Of a stretch of 64,000 nt of DNA, positions 25,369 to 40,034 are shown piece by piece. Source of the DNA: Octopus vulgaris (lineage: Eukaryota); contig OX597820.1 of NCBI GenBank assembly GCA_951406725.2, forward strand, positions 94,054,001 through 94,118,000, read 5' to 3'. The notes below the pieces were generated by a model that made no database searches, was not told where the DNA came from, and was given only the letters and a program-made list of their open reading frames with translations. The stretch's first letter is position 1; the number at the start of each line of letters is the position of its first letter. The position numbers were made by a program, and so were the translations under genes.

Positions 25369-27407
25369 TGTATTTTCTTTCAGCGATTTTTATTAATTCT
25401 TTTTTAGAACTACCCCGCTAACTCATTCCCAATCGCCTAATTGCTGCTCTTATCACCCTCCGCCTTTTATTTTCCTACCTTGTTTGCATTTGTGACTGAA
25501 TTATTGTACGTATGTATTTCTGACCCTCACTTCCTTGCTCAATTTTCTCAACTCCACGTTACTGGTCTGCTTCTCATCATCTCCCTTCCATTTCGATTTA
25601 ACTTAATGACTTCTCTTACATCTTATTTCCTCCCTCTACTCCCCACTAGATTACCTACCCTTACCCCACTTCCCACCAACATGTCTACCCTTATACATCG
25701 CTCATCTACTTCCTTCATTTTTTCCCCAGTTGCAATTTTGCCCAACAGATAACACCTCTCTCTTTCTCTTTCTCTCTCTCACGCACCCTTTCTGAAAAAG
25801 GCCAAAACTTCTGATTTTTCAGTCTTCATTGAAAATGAATTAACTATAATTTATTTTTATTGTATGAAATTTTATGGATTAACTTCAGTAATAGCAAGTG
25901 TTTCACACAAACTGAGAATCCAGGAAGCTTCCTTCAGTCGCGAAATATAAAATAACATGGAGTCGAATCAAACTGTTTTAAATAATACATATAACTTCTA
26001 CTAAACATGTTGAGTGCCTTTTTTCTTTCGCATGTCCACTCACCTGTGCAGCCACCTCGAGAATGACATACATAGTCATAGAGCTTACATTACCTGCACA
26101 GGTTGCTCGTTAGCAATGTTCTACCATTCTAAAAATATTTTTGATACTTTGATACACGTTACTTCTATATTAATTTCGCTATTCTATAAATTATGTTTAT
26201 GTCAAGTCCTGCGTTCAAAGGATATTTTATTCAATGAGGAATAAAGCTAGAATGATGTAGCATACTTCTGGAATTTATTAACGCCCACAGTTTGTTGTTA
26301 GAAAATGCTATAGAATAAAATACATTTGATGCTCTTAATAGCTTTATGCTTGTTTTAATGGAAATCACGGCATTCACAAAATTACAAATGATTTTCACAG
26401 CAGTTTCAGATCATAATATAAAAACTAATTATATTTAATGCTGAAAATGGACATTAGTATTTGAGCTAAATGTTTCTTAATTTGTTCAATGCTGTGTCTT
26501 TTACATATTTAGAGCACGAATGATTAAATGAGTGAATATTTTAGAAATAAAAGAAAAAGAATTCTCTTATGGCTTACATAATATCCATTTATGAACTGCT
26601 CAGAACTGTAGATAGCTGATATGAAACGGTTCTACTGACACTATGACTATTTGAACTAAAGTAAATAATTGTCAGCTTACAATGTCAAAATATTGAGTTC
26701 CCGATAGCTGCTTGCAGCAAGTCACCTAATATTAAAAATTGTGAATCAAATGCTTTTAAGATAACAGTGATAACACAAAAATAACTTCTTCAAGAGGGAT
26801 TGACGTCATGTCAAGGCCTACTCTAAATCTACCACTGACAGGTTATATATTTTGTTTTCATTAGATAAGCAAATGAATAAATAAAAGTAATGAAAATCCC
26901 GGAGTTCAGAATCGAATCGTAAAGCATCAGCATATCATTAAAAGAATTTTTTTTTATGTCGGTATTTGCTCCACACCTCTTACTGATCAACACTTACTGT
27001 CTAAAACTGTCGCTTTTCTGGCGATGTTTTTACTGATGAAAATCCCGTGCCGTTGACATTTTAGAAACCTGTCGCTCGTTAACAAGCGTGAACATTAAAC
27101 TGTACACCCTGTTGATAATTTGAAAGAAGACAACTATTATCCAACAGATTCACTGATCCTGTTTTGTTCATTCGATAATGTCAATATAAATACAAGCACC
27201 AGCAAAAACAGAATTTCGTATTTTTTCTTATAGACACTATGTACAGTTTCTAATTACAATACAGCAGCAGTCACTCATGAGTATAATTTGGAAACATGTT
27301 GCGACTTATACTCTAAAGCTAAATGAAATTAGTGAGATACTCACAACTAAGCTGTGACAATCAAAACAGCAGGTAAAAGACCCTGACCAAATCAAGTGAA
27401 AAATAAT

Positions 27408-27612
27408 TCTTCTAAGGGCAGAAGGCCGGAAATTTTGGTGGGCGATGACTGGTCAATTACATCGAACCCAGTGTCAACTGGTATTTTATCGACCCCCGAA
27501 AGGATGAAAGGTAAAATAGATTTCGGCAGAATCTGGACTCAACGGAAAGCCGGAAGAAATGCCACTAAGCATTGTAACCGGAGTGCTAACAATCGTGCCA
27601 TTTCACCGCCCT
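27408..27612 (-). mobile_element. SINE family A
   Basis: Family core present. Flanked by caagtgaaaa(a)taat direct repeats. Confidence 0.8.
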
Positions 27613-28522
27613 AGACCAAGTGAAAATAATACCGCCAAAGCACAAATTACTTCTTTATTGATCACATCATACTCTCAATAAAAACAAAGTTCCTTCTTGA
27701 TTTAATGCCTGTGTAACAAATTCAATATTACTTTCCCTATAGACTTGATTGGGGTTGAACATTAAATTGTCGGCCAATCAAAAATCAATACGCAAAAAAA
27801 GTTGATATTTGACGAACTATAAATATTCTTTAATGTTTCCAAGAAATTTGTCGCAATCTCTGTAACTCTTCACAGATACAAATCTTTTTTCCCAAACATT
27901 TATGTAATCTTACCCTTATATCATTTTTTACCAGATGGTTCCTCACAGAGAACAATTATTCTCTGTGCTATGAAAACCTGAAACCATAGTGCCAACCAAG
28001 TAGATCAATACAATGGTTTCAGACTGCGCAGCAAAGAGAATGCACAGCATCTTGAGCAAGGTCGCGCCAAGCCTTGTGAATGAAACGGAATATATGAGAT
28101 CTGTTTGAAAATTCAAAAGGTCAACTTTGTCACATTCTGTCGTACTGATTCTGCCTGAGTACACGTTAAGGATAGATGTGCCTATACTCAGCTAGTTACA
28201 TTATAATTCAATGAATAAGCCGTTAGATAACTCATCGTAAAAATTGATAGAGATCTATGAATATGCGTGCACGTGTATGTGCCTGTGTTTGTTATGAAGT
28301 ATGTAAATCATCATTGAGGTAACAGGGAAGTAGTACAGCTCTCGAATTTTTACTTTGAAGAAAGATCCTGCTCAATACATCACAATTCACAAACTTATTT
28401 TACGAATGTTATTTATTCACAGACAATAGCTTGCAGCAAATAACTCATTCAGGTTAGTAAAAAGTCCATATCAGTTGCCTTACTACGTGAATACACATGC
28501 ACACATACACATAATTTTATAT

Positions 28523-28589
<67 letters not shown>

Positions 28590-28815
28590 AAATGTCAACT
28601 CTAATATGGTTTCGGCTTGGATATTCATGTGTATGTGCGCATGTGCCCAAGTTTGGCAAAGGACTGATACAAAACACCATGAACGCCTCACACGTGCGCA
28701 CAGGTAAAGGCACTGGATGTATGTTAGAGATGAACATTGATTGTGAAAGAGAAAAAATATGTTAAAGAGATGGATAAATGGATGTACAGGCACGCAGATA
28801 AAAAGAAAGAAAGAG

Positions 28816-28874
<59 letters not shown>

Positions 28875-29401
28875 AGGAGAGAGAGAGAGTGATAGGGGAT
28901 GTTTGAGAGAGTGAAATTTCGAGAAAAAGTGTTGTGAATTGAGTTGTGGTAACGCAGATGTGTGTCTATATGTTTATCAGAAAACCTAGAGATTTATTGA
29001 TTGACTATCTGACAAGTGATTATTTAATATAAAAGAGAGAAATTGAATAAAATGCCCGTAATACAATACACTACATACATTCAACAATAAAAACATAAAT
29101 AAGAGGTTTTGTCATAGCCTTTTAGTACTAAAAAAGGAACTAGTTCAAATACGTCTGGGTCTGCCAAGTCAGCAAATTTATGTAGTAGTTAAGCTTTTAA
29201 CTTTTGTTTCAGTCATTGGATTGCGGCCATACTGGAGATCCACCTTGAAGATTTTCGTAGAACAAATCAACTTAAGTACCATTTTTTGTTTTTAAAAGTC
29301 TGGTATTTATCATAGCAGTCTCTTTTACCAAATCGTTAGAGGGACATAAACAAACCAATTCTGGTTCAGAAGTGGTAGAGGGCGAACAAACTATTTCATC
29401 G

Positions 29402-29562
29402 CATAAAACAGTATATACAGTATTTCCTCCACTGACCCCGTCCTTATATCATATCTCTAGAGACAATTATCGCATTTTAAAGACTATTTTAAAAAAGCTA
29501 TTATAAAAATAAACCAGACCAGAAAAATCACTACTTAAAAAGGATACACACACACTCTCACC

Positions 29563-29619
<57 letters not shown>

Positions 29620-30545
29620 TCTATCTGTCTCTCTATCTCTCTTTATCTCTCTCTCTCTCACACACACACGCCGGCCTTCTCCAGTTTTTTTTACCAAAAT
29701 CCACTCATGAGTAGATGACGCTGGGTCAAGCTGCTTTGCTGTGAGACCGAACTCGAAACGAAGTGGTATCAAAACGAGCTTCTTAACCACACAGTCCTAT
29801 ACAGACTATTTCTAAAACTACCATGAAGATGTAAAAGATATCATCGATAAATTTAACAGTATACCGTATTTTTTAACGCTTGATATGGAAGAACCTACAT
29901 ACGTGTCGAAGACTTAGTTTCTGGGAAATCCCAACAATTCTATAAATAAATAAATAAATAAATAAAAGACAACCTAAGTGATTACTATCACTTCAACAGT
30001 CGCATAACGAACAAACGTTTCCTTGACTTTATGCATGGGAAGTAAACGTTAATATTTACAAATAAACTTGGAGTTGCCTCCCTTGAATGAATTTTTAATG
30101 CTCATTTTATTTTATTTTCGTCTTACGTTTATTAACTACTGCTTAACAAACAATCCTAAACAGATCCAAATCAATTCATTACATAAAACAGTATATACAG
30201 TATTTCTTCCAATGACCTCTATACTTATATCATATATCTACAGTCAATTATCGCACTTTTAAAAATATTTTAAAAACGCTATTACAAAAATTTACCGAAC
30301 CAGATAAATGACTACTTAGAAAGAATATGCTCTTTGTCGCTCTCTCTCTCTTTATCTATATATCTCTCATTCATTTACACACACACTTTCGCACAGTTTA
30401 CGTTAGCCAATTTCCCCTCACAAGTTATTGGTCAACCCGAAATCTCGAAGATATATTAGAAGATACTTGCTGAAGGTGCCATATGGTGTCGGATGTGGAA
30501 CCAGGAACCACGGTGAACACGAAGCGAAATTCTTAACCACTCTCA
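29402..30545. repeat. Old local duplication (~780-bp offset)
   Basis: cataaaacagtatatacagtattt...actactta at 29402-29545 and 30182-30325. Each is followed by (CT)n/(CA)n and a SINE-B head remnant. Confidence 0.8.
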
Positions 30546-30919
30546 GAGGCGCCGTCTTAACAGATATGTTAAGAAGTTGGCCACGCAATTAGATGGTTCT
30601 GGGTTCGATCCCCTTGTCCAGTATAGCCTCAGGCTAACCAATATCTTGTGCGTAGAATTTTCCTCTGCTGAAGTTAGAGGTTTATATATTCTTTTATTTC
30701 ACATACACACACACATTGATTTTTAAAATTGAATCTTCCACTGACATCTGTAAAACCCTACATTAAAAAAAAAGCAATTTATGCCCTAAGGCCAAAATAT
30801 ACATTAAACACACCCATGAGTTCACTAAAATTACAAAATTCGCCCCTAATTCAGAACAGGCATTCTACCCCAAGACATGTTCAGAGATTCACAAATTCCT
30901 TTTTGCTTTTTCCCTCCTT

Positions 30920-31100
30920 ATTCTTTTCTACAATAGGCACAACACACAAATTTTGGGGGGAGGGGGCCAGTCGATGAGATCGACCCCAGTACGCAACTGG
31001 TACTTAATTTATCGACCTCGAAAGGATGAAAGCCAAAGTCGACCTCGGCGGAATTTGAACTCAGAACGCAAAGACAGATGAAATACTGTCGTGCTAACGT
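30920..31100 (-). mobile_element. SINE family A
   Basis: cgaccccagtacgcaactggtacttaatttatcg...tctgccagctcgccgcctt. Confidence 0.9.
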
Positions 31101-31360
31101 TTCTGCCAGCTCGCCGCCTTCTCCCACCTTATTAATAAGAGAAAACGGTTTGCATCCACGAAATTCTTCTCTCTTCACCATAGTACAGTATAAGTTTCAA
31201 ACATTTTAGTTTAAAACTAATCTTCATTTAACATGACATGGTTCCGGGTTCAATCCCACAACATGGCAACTTGGACAAATATCTTTTACTCTAGCCCCGG
31301 ACCGACAAAAACCTCATGAGTGGATTTGGTAGAGATAAACTGAAAGAAGCCCGTTTCATA

Positions 31361-31540
31361 TACGAAAGGGTGCCAAAAAGTTCGTAGCTTTAGACAAAAA
31401 AAAAAATACAGGGGGATTAGTTAATTATGATTATATTTAAAATATTCCCCTCTCAGATTCACACACTTATTGCAACGGTCCTTCAGTTTTTCTAAACCCC
31501 GTAAAAGAACTCGGAAGGTTGGGTCTCCAACTAGACCATA
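31361..31540 (-). mobile_element. mariner transposon 3' end inserted within a SINE-B
   Basis: Reverse translation GLEKLKDRCNKCVNLRGEYF resembles the mariner C-terminal G..KL..RW.KC....G.YF. TA|CGAAAGGGTG terminus. Confidence 0.75.
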
Positions 31541-31541
31541 C

Positions 31542-31663
<122 letters not shown>

Positions 31664-32011
31664 CACAGCTTGACAACCGGTGTTGGTTTGTTTGTCTCCG
31701 TAAATTAGCGGTTCGGCAAAAGACTTGACTTGAAATATAAAAGTAAGTATTGGAATTGATTTTCTCAACTAAAACTTCCAAGGCGGTGTTCTAGCACGGT
31801 AGCAGAGCAGTGACTGGAACAAGTAAAAGATAAACGATGTATACCAATGAAACATCAGGCCACTGTGTCACATAGCTACCTCTCACTATTGCAATCGGAT
31901 TTTGCACTTAACATAAATAGAACGAGGGTGAAGGGGCAAAAAGGAGAAAATAGACTAAGAGAGGGAGTGAGAGAGAAAAAGTCAGAATGACAGAAAGAGG
32001 AAAAGTGTGTG

Positions 32012-32066
<55 letters not shown>

Positions 32067-32919
32067 TTAACTTTTTAGTAAGTTTCAATATACATAGCTG
32101 AATTTACTCGATCAGGACACCAATAAACACCGAGGTCGTGATAATGTCTGGTAACAAAAAGACACACCTTGAATATCACGACGGTGAGTCGTCTTTTTAC
32201 GTAATGAATAAATATTTTAAAGTAATAAATCAACTGTTACTGCAAAGCTATATTAACAAACCTTGTTCTGAGCCCGGAACTAAAATGCAGAATTGTTGGC
32301 CGTCAACGTTGAGTAAGAGCACCTTTTGACTGGTAGGCGGAGATGGTACCTGGCTATGTAGTAAAATAATTTCGCTGGTCATCAATTGATGATTTCACTT
32401 TAACCAACGTGAAAGACAACCCTGCCAATACGAGGCCCAGTATTATCTAATACACCTCTGAAACCTCAGCATACAAGAAATATAGCCTAAATCCTCTTCA
32501 ACTCTTTAGCATTTAAACCGGCCACATAAGACCTAAACATTCTACTTGTTTTATGGTTAGGGTTAGATCCAGCCTTTCACACCTAGCCTACAATGCAGTT
32601 CTAAAAATAAATTATCTCCCATAGCGTGGTACCTTGGACAAATGTCTTCTACTGTACCTTCGGGCTAATCAATGCCTTATGAGTGGTTTGGTAGACGGAA
32701 ACTGAAAGAAGCTCGTCGTGTGTGCGTCTGTGTGCTTGTTCCCCCATCGCCGTTTGACAAATGTTTCGGCAAAAGAGCCGTGGCTGTAATGCCTTTGATC
32801 CTAGTTCTGTTCGATAAGGGTTGGTTCGAGTCGAAGCAACAACAAAAGTATTTCGAATGAAAAATCACATTGAAATACAACAGAATGCTGATATTGTGAA
32901 AAGTAAACATGACAATGTA

Positions 32920-33220
32920 GCTAAGAAGTTCGCTGTTTAACCACGTAGTTTCGGGTCCACACTGCGCAACACCTTGGGTGTTTTCTACTACAGTTTCGGG
33001 CAGGGCAATGCTTTGCGAGTGAATTTGGTAGACGGAAACCGTCTCGTATGTGTGTGTGTTTGTCCTCCCCCATCACTTGACAACCGGTGTTGGTTTATTT
33101 GCGTCCCCGTAACGTAGCGGTTCGGCAAAAGACACCGATAGAATATGTACCAAGCTTTTAAAAAGTATGCGGGTTGATTTGTTTGACTAAACCCTTCAAG
33201 GAGCCTCCCCAGCATACACG
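32920..33220 (+). mobile_element. SINE family B, degenerate
   Basis: gtgaatttggtagacggaaac...gcggttcggcaaaagacaccgatagaata. Confidence 0.8.
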
Positions 33221-33673
33221 CAGCAAAAAATAAAATAAATCCCAATATTGAACTGGTACCTCATTTAATGATATCGAATAAATGAAAAACCAAGTTGTCA
33301 TCGACAGGATTTGAACTCAGAGCATCGGAACAAATACTACAGTGTTCTGTTCTATGCATCAACGATTCTGCTAATTCTCCGCCTTCGTATCTTACCAACG
33401 CAGAGTTATGAATAAATATAGAGAGCCATATCTATATTTAGTCTCGTTGCTAAAATACATACATATAGATATAACTATATATATTATCTGTTCATAACAC
33501 ACGCTGCGTTGGAAATTTTGTAAATATTTTCAAGCTGTCAGTCTTGTACCATTATGCAAATGATTATGTGACTAGGCACATTCTCTTTTAAAGAAGTAAC
33601 TTTATCCCAACATATTGTCAAGGGAGGTAAGCGAATCTTGAACAGTAACACGAAATTAGTGGGTTCATTTCGT

Positions 33674-33912
33674 AACCAAAGCTATAGAAAATTTTCTCAT
33701 GGAGTTAATTTCACAGTGAGACCAGACACAAGCTAATATTGGGGCCAGTATATGGTTTGGTTACACAGCTTTCTAGAAACAGCAGCCGAATTCATTTCAC
33801 AACCAAAGCTACAGAAAGTTTCTCATTAGGCTAATTTCACAGTGAGACCAGACCCAAGCTAATAGGAAAGCCATTATATGGCTGCACGGCATTCTAGAAA
33901 CAGCAGCCGAGT
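33674..33912. repeat. ~127-bp tandem duplication
   Basis: aaccaaagcta.agaaa...tttcacagtgagaccagac.caagctaata...tctagaaacagcagccga occurs twice. Confidence 0.85.
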
Positions 33913-33955
33913 CTCCCTCGAAATACATCAAGTTTTAAAAATATATAAAAAGACT

Positions 33956-34179
33956 AGCCATTTGCCTGTCTTTTGTATCACATGTGATGCACTGGATATA
34001 TTTCCCTGGTGTCCATGCATCACATATGATAAACATGCCCAATGTTTTTCAACCACCTATCAACGGAAATCTTTATTTGACTCCGAAGGTATGAAACAAG
34101 GGATAACTAAAAGTCTGAAAACAAGCATGGACATTTAAGAAAACTTACGCAAAGATGCTTTGGAGAGGCAAAAGCTTAA
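33956..34179 (+). mobile_element. piggyBac-like MITE, copy 2
   Basis: Shares tatcacatgt..tttccctggtgtccatgcatca..gtatgaaacaagggataactaa. Ends ggcaaaagcTTAA. Confidence 0.65.
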
Positions 34180-35310
34180 GCGATATAATCTGCAGCATAC
34201 AGTGTTCGAAAGCAGACAGGATGGCCATAGCTAGAGCGACTTCGACCATCAAAGATCTGATCGAAAGTAGGGCTGACTTGGGTTTAAACAACAAGAAATA
34301 CTATTACTACTAACATCAACATCAACACCGCCACCAACTACAAGAAATACTACCACCATTACCACCACCACCACCACCACGACTATTACAACTAACAACA
34401 ACAACAAAAGTAGCAGCAGCACAGACTTTATAACGAGGTGTAAAATCTATAAAGCTGACAATGGACGATAAATGAACCTAATGAACGTTCTTGTAAAGGT
34501 TAGCTGTACCCAATTCCAAACATTAACTAATTATCCGCCATTTATGTATAATAGAATTATTGAAGTTATCTACAGAGTAATAAGATCAATTAGGTTCCGT
34601 ATGGTTAAGAAGTCTGCATCGCAACCACAAAGTCTCAGTTTCGATCCCACATTGTGGAACCTTGGGCAAACGTGAATTCTTATTTCCTTGGGCCGACCCA
34701 TACCTTGTGAGAGAAATTGGGTAAACGGAAGCTATCTAGAAGCTCATTGAATTAATAGTACGTGTAATTCAAAAAGGTACAACCTTGGTGCACAGTGTGT
34801 CACACTGACCCTGCCTAAGAATTACTTTAAAGGTACAAGTAAGTGTTTGAGGAATACTCGTTCACTCAGACGTTAATTCAATGAGCAGGCAACTCAGTTG
34901 ATCGAACAGTTGAATTCTCGTCTTCAAACGATGGAGATCCACCAGCATCACCACCAAAAAGTATATGCATGTGTGCATTGTTATCGCTGTTGTTTAACTC
35001 CAGTTGGTCAGCCCTGATTGAGCAGACCGTTCATTGAAAATGTTCTACCCATCACAATCTCATCATTTTTTTCTTTCTTTTTGTATATTGAGGACGACGT
35101 CGTCCAATGTGCCCTTCCTATTTTAAAACAGTAAAGTGTAGCTTCAGGGAAATTTGACTGCTTTATTTAAAAGTTCGAGTCTGGGGCGATATGAGCTCAG
35201 AATGTAAACGTAGGAGACGAAATTATATAAAGCATTTAGTTCGGCGCTCTTCCGCTTCACCTAATTTACTGTTTTTCCGTCCGATATAAAAACCTATTAT
35301 TGTTGTTGTT

Positions 35311-35341
<31 letters not shown>

Positions 35342-36932
35342 TTAGTAATTGTGGTGGCAGTGGGAGTGGTATCCTGAAACTGCGTGAATAAACTGAAAAT
35401 ATCATAAATAATTGGTTAGTATTGTAGCTCCGATTTCAAATTTGGCATATATCCTTAGAATACATTCCATCATTTTTACAATGTCTGCCAGAACGAGAAA
35501 CTAATTAAACGTTTAAAGCCGGTTGCCATAATTTCCTGACTCTTTAACACATAAATAATCTGTAATAAACGCATAGAGTAACACCTCGATACCCACCACA
35601 GCTAGTAAAAGGCATATCCACTGCACCCCCACCCCCCAAGCAAGCACGCGCGCGCACTAAAATTCTATAACATTTACAATATTGACCTACCAGCAGTCTT
35701 TACACAAATCCACCTGTTGCTTGCCATTGATTTCCTTCCTCTATTCTACGCCAATTATTATGTAAAGTCTGACATTCTGAATATAGATGCTTTAAGTTAA
35801 GGAATTTCTTTCTTTGCTTTTCTTATGATTTATAGCAGTAGTACCAATTGCCAGCCTTCCAAAATATCATATTGCGCAATACTAATATTAATCTATCTGC
35901 TTTTTGTAAAACTGTTTTTATTAAGAAGTCTAAGTCTGAAACATATCCAGAGTTATTTTCACATTGCATCACAAACTCTTACTGTTGCTATTTAATGTTT
36001 AAATTATTAGAATAACCGATTTGTCACTGTTGTCTGTTTTGATAAAAATTGTCATTTACGCTAATGAATTTTTTCTCAACCTTTCAACACTGGTGTATCT
36101 CCAGTTATAAGAAATTATTTTTGGTCCATAATATGATGTATGTAAAGTGCCAGAACCAATACTGAAAGACACTTTTCAGACGGTCGAACGATTCCGCTGT
36201 TGACCAAAGCATGATCTGAAGACTAAACAACAATAGTTTCAAATGGATGAACCACGAAGTCGACCACAGTGAGACTTGACAGTAAAGGGAGGTAAATGAA
36301 TATTTTGAGTGCTCTACTGATTTTGCCATACACCTTAGTTGTATACGAATGACAAATCTGGTAGGAAATGAAAGCGATGAAGAGTAGTGAACGTGTGTTT
36401 TGTTGTTATTGTTGTATCGTGTCTACCTATGCTAGCTAGCAGCTAACTGTCACTTCCCACCAGCCACTTCGTTATAATTTAATAGAAACATGTTTTACAG
36501 CAAACATTCCTTTTCGCTGTGAGAGCTGAGGTGAGCAGAAGGTCACTAGATACAAGATGAGATTAAACACACACACACACACACACCTACTTACCTGCCT
36601 ACATGCATACATTCATTCATACACAACACACACACACACACACACATCTGTATACATAAACCCATGCATATGTACACTCTTTCACAGAGGCATGTATCAA
36701 ATGTAAGTTAGGTGGCAACACATTTGATGAGAGAAATAATTAATTTCAATCACAGCCTTCGTGATGAGAAACAATCATAATCGAAAAGATTAACTGTGGC
36801 TTAATAAATAAATAAATAACGCGGGAAAGACAATTCCAAAAATATAACTAAAATTAAATATGGAGTGCAAAAGGGCGCGAGTCTGATTTCTAGCAATAAG
36901 GTGACAACTCGTGACATTTTTTAGTCTTGTTA

Positions 36933-37262
36933 AAAATTAAAGACTCCGCCGGTTACGACGACGAGGGTCCCAGCTGATACGATCAACGGAACAGCTTGCT
37001 CGTGAAATTAACGTGCAAATGGCTGAGCATTCCACAGACACGTGTACCCTTAACGTAGTTCTCGGGGATAATCAGCGTGACACAGAGAGTGACAAGGCTG
37101 ACCCTTTGAAATACAAGTACAACTCATTTTTGCCAGGTGAGTGGACTGGAGTAACGTGAAATAAAGTGTCTTGCTCAAGGACACAACGCGTCGCCGGGAA
37201 TCGAACTCACAACCTTACGATCATGAGCCGAATGCCCTAACCACTAAGCCACGCGCCCTCAC
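36933..37262 (-). mobile_element. SINE family C (alternative tail) with 12-bp TSD
   Basis: Head gagggcgcgtggcttagtgg, B-box gagttcgattccc. TSD ttagtctt(g/a)tta at 36921-36932 and 37263-37274. Confidence 0.95.
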
Positions 37263-38012
37263 TTAGTCTTATTAGACATCATCAGCTACATATAGTTTAA
37301 TGTTGCTATAGATTTTAGAACAGCTAAAGAAGTATAAAAGAGTCGAGTGAATGAACATAGAACAAGATATAAATTAATAGAATAACGGAAGAAAAAAATA
37401 CTCAGGGAAGACTGTCGCATGAAAACTTGATAGTAAAGTAGCAGCATAGTTGATGTAGTAAACCAAGTTGAGACTACACTTTAACGTTAGTCTTATGCAT
37501 GTGTGGATGTGTGTGCGTGTTTGCATGGATGACAATGTACATATTTGAAGTCTCGTTGCCTAGTGGTTAATGCTTTGGGATCGCGATCGTAAGTTCGTGG
37601 GTTGGATCTCTGCACAGAGCGGCGTATTGTGTCCTAGAACAAGGCACATAATTTCATGTTGCTCCATTATACTTAACTAAAAAGGAGTGAAGGGCCGGTA
37701 CAGCCTCTCTGCCTCCAGCTCTCACACATCCTTGATGAACCCCTAGGTCATGAGTAGTGGAGAGGATGTTCGAGAGAATGGCCATGTCTGCCCAAGGCTA
37801 CAGAAACACTCAAGATAATTAGCGAAAGTACGGTACAAGCTACCAGATCGTATCCACTTGCGGACAACGACCAAGCCAAGCTTTATATATATATATAATC
37901 ATAATACAAGGGTAAGATCCAGAGATCCATGTGTAGGAAGTTTGTAAGCTTCAAGCAGTCTGTGACAGGTATAGAGAACAAAACGTGGAGACCGTACTAT
38001 ATGAAACAACAT

Positions 38013-38110
<98 letters not shown>

Positions 38111-38949
38111 GTAAAAAAATACAAACTGGGACAAGAACGTGAAACATTTAGAAGACGATACAAAAATCACGGGCGGGACATTCGAAGCCCTCAATCTTCA
38201 GTCAAGAACCGGATCATCTTCGCAATTTCGACTGATTAATCTTGAGATTGCTCCGATCTGGCCAACCCCAAAGGCAAATCTAAGCCAAAATCCAAGCCAA
38301 GCGCATTAGATTCCTTGGAAGAAAGCCTCGAATGTATACAAAACAAGGACGGAAAAACGGACGATAACCCACTCACAAACATGTATACATCATCGTCATC
38401 ATCACTAGGCGGCCCCAGTCAAGCCAGACAGCAGAACTCTCACTATTAGAGCACACGTTCCTAAACTAATGTCACGCCAAGGCCGTACGTCTCAAACCCA
38501 GACTCACTGGTGTCTACATGAGGACAGACAAGTCAATGTTTCTGCTCAGCAGCTGGCGCTGTCTCTAAAAGACAAATATTATCGCTAACTCGGTCTTTGT
38601 TCTATATCGATGCCCAAGTAATTGTACTGTATGTTACTACAGTACTGGTAAGATGAGTTGTAACGCCCCTCAAATTTGTTTTAGTGTTGGTGCCATTAAA
38701 ATGCTTTACAAATAAATTCACAATTCTTTTAATTAGCATTCATTTATACTCATATTCATGCACGCACTGACATTACTAAATGCTTATATTAACTGCGTAA
38801 AAGATACTGTGCTTTCACACGTCCTCTGGAAATAAAGGACGCCGCTTGCTTGGTGGCACTCGTTTACAATTATTACTCAGAGTCAAGACTCGTTACATAC
38901 ACACACATGTGTCTGCGTATAACAAGTCTCTTTGCTTTGCATTGGCGTG

Positions 38950-39014
<65 letters not shown>

Positions 39015-39346
39015 GGCAGACTTCTTTTAAGTTACAGAAAAGAGTCATTCTCAGTTGATCTGAGAATATGATACAGTCACCAGTTGATGACATTAAAATG
39101 GTGTCATTGATAGATTCAATTGTGTTGTAATGTAGTCAAGGACATGAAACAATGTCAATGTATAAACTTGTGTTACTTGACCAAGAAAGGAACTTTCAAT
39201 CTATCTCAAACAATATTATATTTTGAAAAATCGTATTTAATTTCTATTTTGGCAAGTAGTTATATTTAATACTTGTAGCTGTACCCGGCCTTGCTTGAGT
39301 TTTTTGATATCTAAAATAAATACAATTATTTTTAAAAGTTGTTGAC

Positions 39347-39651
39347 AGGCGTGGCTGTGTGGTAAGACGATTGCTTCCCAGCCACATGGTTCCGGGTTCA
39401 GTCCCATTGCGTGGGACCTTGAGCAAGTGTCTTCTCCTATAGTCTCGGGCCGACTAAAGCCTTGTGAGTGGATATGGTAGTTGAAAACTGAAAGAAGCTC
39501 GTCGTGTGTGTGTGTATATATCGACTTTGCCTTTCATCCTTTCGGGGTCGATAAATTAAGTACCAGTTCACTGGGGTCGATGTAATCGACTTAATCCGTT
39601 TGTCTGTCCTTATTTGTCCCGTCTGTGTTTAGCCCCTTGTGGGTAGTAAAG

Positions 39652-39692
<41 letters not shown>

Positions 39693-39945
39693 GTTATATT
39701 ATGTTAATGTATATATGTGTGTGTATACATTTGTGTCTGTGTTTTCCCCCACCACCACTACCATCACCGCTTAGCGACCCGTGTTGTGTTTAAGACCGCG
39801 TAAATTAGCGGTTCAGTAAAAGTGACCGACAGAATAAGTACGAGACTTAAAATAAGTCCTAGGGTCAATTTGTTCGACTAAAACCATTTAAGGCAGTGTT
39901 CCAACGTAGACACAGTAAAAAAAAAACACTGAAACAAGTAAAACA
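39347..39945 (+). mobile_element. SINE-B with a truncated SINE-A nested in its internal microsatellite
   Basis: B head 39347-39505, A 3' part 39521-39655, B tail 39720-39945. Confidence 0.85.
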
Positions 39946-40034
39946 ATAAAATTTGATCCGGAAATGCTAATTCACCTAGAATTGTTGCTTCCAAAGAATT
40001 TCAGAGAGTTCAAGATATGCAAAATAAATAAATA

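Noticed and set aside
38130-38330. Minus-strand CTGAAGA in an interspersed repeat
   Set aside because: No properly placed GAAA or stems.
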